Source: Alphaproteobacteria bacterium (GTDB taxonomy: Bacteria; Pseudomonadota; Alphaproteobacteria; CACIAM-22H2). Taken from it: DNA of 64,000 nt. Positions within the stretch are counted from its first letter, which is position 1; each line of letters starts with the position of its first letter. Positions 59,028 to 64,000 of this stretch are shown here, piece after piece. The notes beneath the pieces are model-generated. The model had not been told where the DNA came from. It ran no database searches and saw nothing but the letters and a program-made list of their open reading frames with translations. Both the position numbers and the translations under genes were made by a program. Location of the stretch: contig WGNX01000009.1 in NCBI GenBank assembly GCA_016124335.1, positions 101,658-165,657 of the forward strand, in the 5' to 3' direction.

Positions 59028-60032
59028 GTGGAAACGCGGGCCAACTATTTCCTCGTCGGCTGCTTCGTGCTGGCGCTTCTGGCTGGCATCTTCACGGCCG
59101 GCATGTGGTTCGCGCGCGCGCAGCTGAACGACGAGAGCACCTACTACTACACGTATTTCCGCGGCGCGGTGACCGGCCTGTCGGTCGGCTCGGTCGTGCG
59201 CTATCGCGGCGTTCCGGTCGGCACCGTCTCCGACATCGCAATCGACAACCAGAATGTAGAGCTCATCCAGGTGACGCTGGCGCTGCGCCCCGACACGCCC
59301 GTGCGCACCGATACGGTCGCGGGTCTCCAGCCGCAGGGCATCACCGGCCTTTCCTTCATCCAGCTTTCCGGCGGGACGCAGGACGCCGAGCCGCTGCGCG
59401 CACGCGCAGGCAAGCGCCGCCCGGTCATTCCTTCGGTGCCCTCGCCCATCGACAAGATCATCGAGGATGCGCCACTGGTCGTCGCACGGCTTGCCGACCT
59501 TGCGGACCGGCTGGCGCTGGTCTTGAGCGATGAAAACGTCCGGAACATCGACCGGCTCCTCGGCAATTCGGCGGATGCAGCCGCCGGACTGGCGCGCGTG
59601 ATGGCCGGGGCCGAAGGGCTGGTGGACGACGCGAAGGGCACGCTCAAGGGCCTCGACAAGACGATGGCCGACGCCGACCGCCTCGCCGTGGAAGCGCGCA
59701 ACCTCGTCGGCGATGCGCAAGTCCTGATGGGCACGGCGCAGCGCGCGATCCGCGATGCGGGCACGATGACGCCGCAGGCCGCGGCGGCCATCGACGAGGT
59801 CCGGCGTGCCGCAGGCGGATTCGGTCGCGTTGCCGACCAACTCGAAAAGCTCGCCGTTTCGACGCGGCCGGGCGTCGAGGATTTCGGCCGCTCCGGGCTC
59901 TACGAGCTCCAGCAATTCATGATCGAAGGGCGCGCGCTGATAACGACGCTCAACCGTGTCGTCGCGAATTTCGAGCGCGACCCGGCGCGCTTCCTGTTCG
60001 GCGACCAGCAGAAGGGAATGGAAGCGAAATGA
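59028..60032 (+). CDS. mlaD: MCE/MlaD-family protein
   Basis: METRANY..VG.FV, VTGLSVGSVVRYRGVPVG, long helical C-terminus ending DPARFLFG. Confidence 0.92.
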   Translation: METRANYFLVGCFVLALLAGIFTAGMWFARAQLNDESTYYYTYFRGAVTGLSVGSVVRYRGVPVGTVSDIAIDNQNVELIQVTLALRPDTPVRTDTVAGLQPQGITGLSFIQLSGGTQDAEPLRARAGKRRPVIPSVPSPIDKIIEDAPLVVARLADLADRLALVLSDENVRNIDRLLGNSADAAAGLARVMAGAEGLVDDAKGTLKGLDKTMADADRLAVEARNLVGDAQVLMGTAQRAIRDAGTMTPQAAAAIDEVRRAAGGFGRVADQLEKLAVSTRPGVEDFGRSGLYELQQFMIEGRALITTLNRVVANFERDPARFLFGDQQKGMEAK

Positions 60033-60661
60033 AACTGCCTGCCCGCGCCATCGCACGCCGCGCCGTTCTGGCGGCGGCCGCGTCCGGACTGGCGGCCTGT
60101 TCGCTGCCCGGCGCCGGCGACCCGCCCCGCCTGTTCACGCTTTCGCCGAAATCGACCTTCGCGCCCGACCTGCCGACCGCACGATGGCAGCTCGCCATCG
60201 AAGCGCCGGTCGCGCCTGGCGGCATCGATACCGCGCGCATCGCCGTCCAGCGTTCGCCGCTGTCGCTCGAATATTTCGCGCGCGCGCAGTGGACCGATAC
60301 GGCACCGCGCATGGTGCAGACGCTCCTGCTCGAGAGCTTCGAGAACACGGGCAAACTCGTCGCCGTCGGGCGCGAATCGTCGAGCCTGCGGCCCGATTTC
60401 CTGCTCAAGGTCGACTTGCGTGAGTTCCAGGCGGAAATGCGCGGCGGAAATGCGCCGGTCGCACATGTGCGGCTTTCGGTGCGGCTCGTCCGCCTGCCCG
60501 AGCGCACCGTCGTGGCAAGCTTCTCCCACGATGCGGTGGAACCGTCCGCCGGCCCGGAAATCGAGAAAGTCGTCATGGCATTCGACGAAGCGCTCGGTGC
60601 GGTCCTGAAGCGCGTGGCCGAGTGGACGCTGCGCACCGGGAACGCCAACGCGCGATCCTAG
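60029..60661 (+). CDS. ABC-type transport auxiliary lipoprotein (PqiC-like)
   Basis: Lipobox LAAC, AQWTD..PRMVQ, DLREFQA. Confidence 0.88.
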   Translation: MKLPARAIARRAVLAAAASGLAACSLPGAGDPPRLFTLSPKSTFAPDLPTARWQLAIEAPVAPGGIDTARIAVQRSPLSLEYFARAQWTDTAPRMVQTLLLESFENTGKLVAVGRESSSLRPDFLLKVDLREFQAEMRGGNAPVAHVRLSVRLVRLPERTVVASFSHDAVEPSAGPEIEKVVMAFDEALGAVLKRVAEWTLRTGNANARS

Positions 60662-60691
60662 GCGCGAGTATTTTCAACAGCGGAGTGGAAC

Positions 60692-60961
60692 ATGCCTGCC
60701 GTCGCCGACCGTATCCGGACGAAGCTCGAACAGGCACTCGCACCCGAACAGCTCGATGTCATCGACGATTCGCACCGGCATGCCGGCCACGCCGGCGCGA
60801 ATCCGCTGGGCGAGTCGCACTTCACGGTGCGCGCGACGTCCGCCGCGTTCGCGGGCAAGAGCCGCGTTGACCGCCAACGGCTTGTCTACGGGCTGCTTGC
60901 GGAGGAACTGGCCGATCGCGTGCATGCGCTGGCGCTTGTGCTGCGTGCACCCGGCGAGTGA
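60692..60961 (+). CDS. bolA: BolA family protein
   Basis: DDSHRHAGH, ESHF, FAGKSRVDRQRLVY, VHAL. Confidence 0.95.
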   Translation: MPAVADRIRTKLEQALAPEQLDVIDDSHRHAGHAGANPLGESHFTVRATSAAFAGKSRVDRQRLVYGLLAEELADRVHALALVLRAPGE

Positions 60962-61012
60962 GTTTGACCACAAAAATGGTGCTAGGCGTGCCGCTACTTG
61001 TGTGATAGTAGA

Positions 61013-61027
61013 TTAAAAACTTATTAA
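61013..61027. promoter_or_regulatory. CtrA-type binding box
   Basis: TTAA-AAACTTA-TTAA (TTAA-N7-TTAA), 20 nt upstream of the RHH gene. Confidence 0.6.
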
Positions 61028-61047
61028 ACCGTAGATAGACGAGCGCG

Positions 61048-61302
61048 ATGGACCTCGACCTGCCACGCAACGTCCGCATCCGGGGGATGCGCACCAGCAT
61101 GCGGCTGGAAGGTTTCTTCTGGCTTGCATTGCGCGACATCGCAAAACGGGCGGGAATTTCGGTCCCGGCGCTGTGCGAACGCATCCTGCGCGAGAATCAC
61201 CGCGGCAACCGGACCTCGGCCGTACGCGTCTTCGTGCTCAACTGGTTTCGCGAAGCGCGCGCACAGCGCATCGGCCGTCGGCGACGCACGAAGGCTGCCT
61301 AG
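61048..61302 (+). CDS. Ribbon-helix-helix domain protein (RHH_4)
   Basis: RNVRIRGMRTSMRLEGFFWLALRDIA, NRTSAVRVFVL. Confidence 0.88.
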   Translation: MDLDLPRNVRIRGMRTSMRLEGFFWLALRDIAKRAGISVPALCERILRENHRGNRTSAVRVFVLNWFREARAQRIGRRRRTKAA

Positions 61303-61847
61303 CCGCGACCGGTATAGTGCTTGGGATAATGCTGGCGGACGACCGGCCCGTCGCTTGCCAGCGCATGGCACGTGTCGAGATGCCCAGGCTTCCTGTCGGG
61401 ATCACCCCTGTTCGAGCGCAGCGGGAAGACTGTCTGTATCGCCGCCGTCGCCATCGCACCGAGGGCAAGCTCGACCAGATGCGTGCACCCCTTGACCCCG
61501 CCAAGCCGCTCGCGCACCTGGCCAGACCAGCCTTTGCCGATCTTCAGCCCGACGAGTGCCGAAAACGCGGGTGTGACCGCCGGGCAGATCTCGAACGGGC
61601 TGGCGTCGGTTGCCGCGGCAACTGCGTGCACGACCAGATCGTCATCGAGCGTGAGGCGAAGCCACATCTCGTGGATCGGCATGCCCGGCTCAAGCCGGCC
61701 GCGCCACTGGTTCTCGAACGTGTAGGCCTTGGTGTCGACAAGATGGCCTTCGATGTCCCACAGGCCGTCGGCGCGGCGGAATCCGCGGCATTCGATTGCG
61801 CGCGTGTGGATCGGTTCGCGCGCGGTGGCAGGCAATGGAAGCGGCAT
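61299..61847 (-). CDS. DUF2889 family protein
   Basis: HTRAIEC.GFRRADGLWDIEG, IHEM, GCTHLVEL, LDTCHAL. Confidence 0.85.
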   Translation of the reverse strand: MPLPLPATAREPIHTRAIECRGFRRADGLWDIEGHLVDTKAYTFENQWRGRLEPGMPIHEMWLRLTLDDDLVVHAVAAATDASPFEICPAVTPAFSALVGLKIGKGWSGQVRERLGGVKGCTHLVELALGAMATAAIQTVFPLRSNRGDPDRKPGHLDTCHALASDGPVVRQHYPKHYTGRG

Positions 61848-61915
61848 GGCGGACGCATCTCCGGTCGGGAACGATCGGCCGGATCATCGCGCGTCCGCCC
61901 GCGCGAGGCAAAGCG

Positions 61916-62368
61916 TCAGGTCAGGCCGTAGCCGGCCGAGCCCGAGATGAACGCGTCGCGCTCCTTGAGCCCTTCCTCGACCTCGTCGAGCGCGGTGGCG
62001 TAGAGATCGCGGACCGACACCATGCCGATCAGCCGGCCACGATCCATGACCGGCAGGTGCCGGTAGCCGCGCCGTCGCATCATCTCGAGCGCCGCGAACG
62101 CCGACTCCTCGGGCCCGATCGTGTCGGGATCGCGTGTCATGACGTCGCCCAGATGAACGGTGTCGGGATCGCGCCGCTGCGCGACGACCTTCGAGAGCAG
62201 GTCGCGCTCGGTAAAGATGCCGACGAGGCGTGGCCCCTCGATGACCATCAGCGCGCCGATCCGGCGTTGCGCCATCACCTGGGTTGCGTCGCGCACGGTC
62301 ATGTGCGCGCTTGCCGTCGCGAGGTCCTGAACTCCGGAAATCACGTCGGGCACGATCTTGCGGATCAT
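61916..62368 (-). CDS. CBS domain protein
   Basis: Tandem CBS: IGALMV..LVGIFTERDL, YRHLPV..GMVSVRDL; RBS GAGGGAG (alternative start 62374). Confidence 0.92.
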   Translation of the reverse strand: MIRKIVPDVISGVQDLATASAHMTVRDATQVMAQRRIGALMVIEGPRLVGIFTERDLLSKVVAQRRDPDTVHLGDVMTRDPDTIGPEESAFAALEMMRRRGYRHLPVMDRGRLIGMVSVRDLYATALDEVEEGLKERDAFISGSAGYGLT

Positions 62369-62471
62369 GGGCATCTCCCTCAGACCGACCGGCGCCGTGT
62401 CGAAGGACGGTCGTGCGCCGTCGTTGCCGCAATGATAGCGCCCGCTTGCCGCCGCTTGGCAAGCGCCTTCC

Positions 62472-63824
62472 TCAGGCGGCGGTATCCGCCGCCGCCCGCT
62501 TTTCCGCGGTTTCGGCATCCCGCTTTTGCGCCGCCGCATCGCCGATGGCACTGATCCGAAGCGTGGCGACCTGGTTTCTTTTGCGCCGCAATATCTCGAA
62601 ACGCAGCCCGTGGAAGGTATAGACCTGCCCCACTTCGGGGATGCGCCGCGACTCGTGGAGCACGAGGCCTGCGATCGTCGCGGCGTTTTCGTCGGGCAGG
62701 CGCCAGTCGAACTGGCGGTTGAGGTCGCGGATCGTCACGCTGCCGTCGACCACGAAGCTGCCGTCGGATTGCGGGCGTACGCCGGGCATCCGGAACTCGT
62801 GCTTCTCGTCGATCTCGCCGACGATCTCCTCGATGATGTCTTCCAGCGTCACCACGCCCATCAGCGCGCCGTATTCGTCGATGACGACGGCGAAATGCTC
62901 GCGCCGGCGGCGAAACGCCTCGAGCTGGTCGAGCAGCGTCGTCGAATCGGGAATGAACCATGGGCGCGCGGCGACCTGGGCGATATCGATGGCCGAAGGG
63001 TCGCCGCCGTTGGCGCGCAAGGCCGCCAGAAGCGCCTTTGCGTGCAGCACGCCCACGATGTTGTCCTGCGTGCCGCGCCATAGCGGCACGCGCGTATGCG
63101 GGCTCGACAGCGCCTGCTCGAGGATCGCTTCGGGCTTCTGGTCGGCGTCGATGGCGACGACCTGGCGACGATGCACCATGATGTCGGAAACCGCCACGTC
63201 GGCGAGGTCAAGGACCGAGCGCAGCATCTGGCGTTCCTTGCGCACGGTCGCATCGCGGTGCGTGGCGCCGTGCAGCTCGATGGCGCCGCGCAGTTCCTCC
63301 GCCGCAGCCTCGTTCGCTTCGCCGGACGGCGGCACGCGCAAGCCCAGCGCGCGCACGCACGCCGCCGTCACGAGCCGCAGCGCCGTTGCGACCGGGTGCA
63401 GCGCCACCATGACGGCGCGCACGAACGGCGCCAGCGCCAGCGCCGCGCGGTCGGCATTGTTGAGGGCGAGCGTCTTGGGAAGCACCTCGCCGAAGAGGAC
63501 GACTAGGACCGTCATCACGGCCGTCGCATAGGCGACACCCGCCTCGCTGCCGAACCAGGTGATGAAAAGCGACGTCGCGAGCGCCGAGCCAAGGATGTTG
63601 ACGATATTGTTGCCGATCATGATCGCGGCGATGAACTGGTCCTTCGCATCCTTGATGCGGTTGACCAGGCCCGCACGGCGGTTGCCGTTGCGCTCGAGCG
63701 CGTGCATGCGCGGGCGCGAGGCGCCGGTGATGGCGCTTTCCGAGCTGGCGAAGAACGCCGACGCCACGAGAAGCGCCACGACGATCCCGAGGATCCAGAT
63801 TTCGGATGCGGTGAACTCGCTCAT
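62472..63824 (-). CDS. HlyC/CorC (CNNM) family membrane protein
   Basis: SAFFASSE, IGNNIVNI, FGEVLPK, VIDEYG..TLEDIIEEIVGEI, TIAGLV. Confidence 0.93.
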   Translation of the reverse strand: MSEFTASEIWILGIVVALLVASAFFASSESAITGASRPRMHALERNGNRRAGLVNRIKDAKDQFIAAIMIGNNIVNILGSALATSLFITWFGSEAGVAYATAVMTVLVVLFGEVLPKTLALNNADRAALALAPFVRAVMVALHPVATALRLVTAACVRALGLRVPPSGEANEAAAEELRGAIELHGATHRDATVRKERQMLRSVLDLADVAVSDIMVHRRQVVAIDADQKPEAILEQALSSPHTRVPLWRGTQDNIVGVLHAKALLAALRANGGDPSAIDIAQVAARPWFIPDSTTLLDQLEAFRRRREHFAVVIDEYGALMGVVTLEDIIEEIVGEIDEKHEFRMPGVRPQSDGSFVVDGSVTIRDLNRQFDWRLPDENAATIAGLVLHESRRIPEVGQVYTFHGLRFEILRRKRNQVATLRISAIGDAAAQKRDAETAEKRAAADTAA

Positions 63825-64000
63825 GCCGCCGCCTCTTCGCTCAGCATTTCGTGCACGCGGCCGATATCGATCCCGGTCGCGACGAATGAGCGGCCGATGC
63901 CGCGCGCGAGAATGAATGTCACCTTTCCGTCGCGTACCTTCTTGTCGTGCTGCATGTGGGCGATGAGGTCCTCGGCACGCCAGCGCCGCTGGCCGGGCAG
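63821..64000 (-). CDS. aroB: 3-dehydroquinate synthase, 3' end (partial, runs off the window)
   Basis: Own translation: LPGQRRWRAEDLIAHMQHDKKVRDGKVTFILARGIGRSFV...AAA*, with DKK and GIG motifs; not in the ORF track. Confidence 0.88.
   Translation of the reverse strand: MPGQRRWRAEDLIAHMQHDKKVRDGKVTFILARGIGRSFVATGIDIGRVHEMLSEEAAA

Overview
GC-rich bacterial chromosomal segment, most consistent with an alphaproteobacterium (CtrA-type boxes, a suhB/MmgR-type sRNA, Mla/PqiC, RHH_4, PAS_5 and DUF2889 genes). Housekeeping genes lie at both ends: prfC and cspA on the left; tRNA-Val(GAC), hutG, mlaEFD-pqiC, bolA, CBS/CorC and the 3' end of aroB on the right. Between them, about 4-54 kb is dense with catabolic and transport genes. 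(i) hutIU plus an orphan peptide-type binding protein. (ii) A ~19 kb block with a sigma54-type promoter, an orphan Mo-hydroxylase large subunit, a split Pot-type ABC transporter, two 2OG-Fe(II) oxygenases, MmgE/PrpD, AllA, PuuE, two reductase-less Rieske oxygenases, a PCO/ADO-like 3-His cupin, PanE, an aminotransferase and a ComDE-like decarboxylase. (iii) A polar amino-acid ABC / GOX-like oxidase / AhpD-like / soxBDAG operon. (iv) TetR-emrAB. (v) A LysR-divergent operon: second orphan Mo-enzyme, atypical DHDPS-family aldolase, 3-hydroxyanthranilate dioxygenase, Liv-type ABC and a RidA-like/arylformamidase fusion. No transposase, integrase, CRISPR or rRNA was seen. All calls come from motif recognition by eye; no database searches were run.
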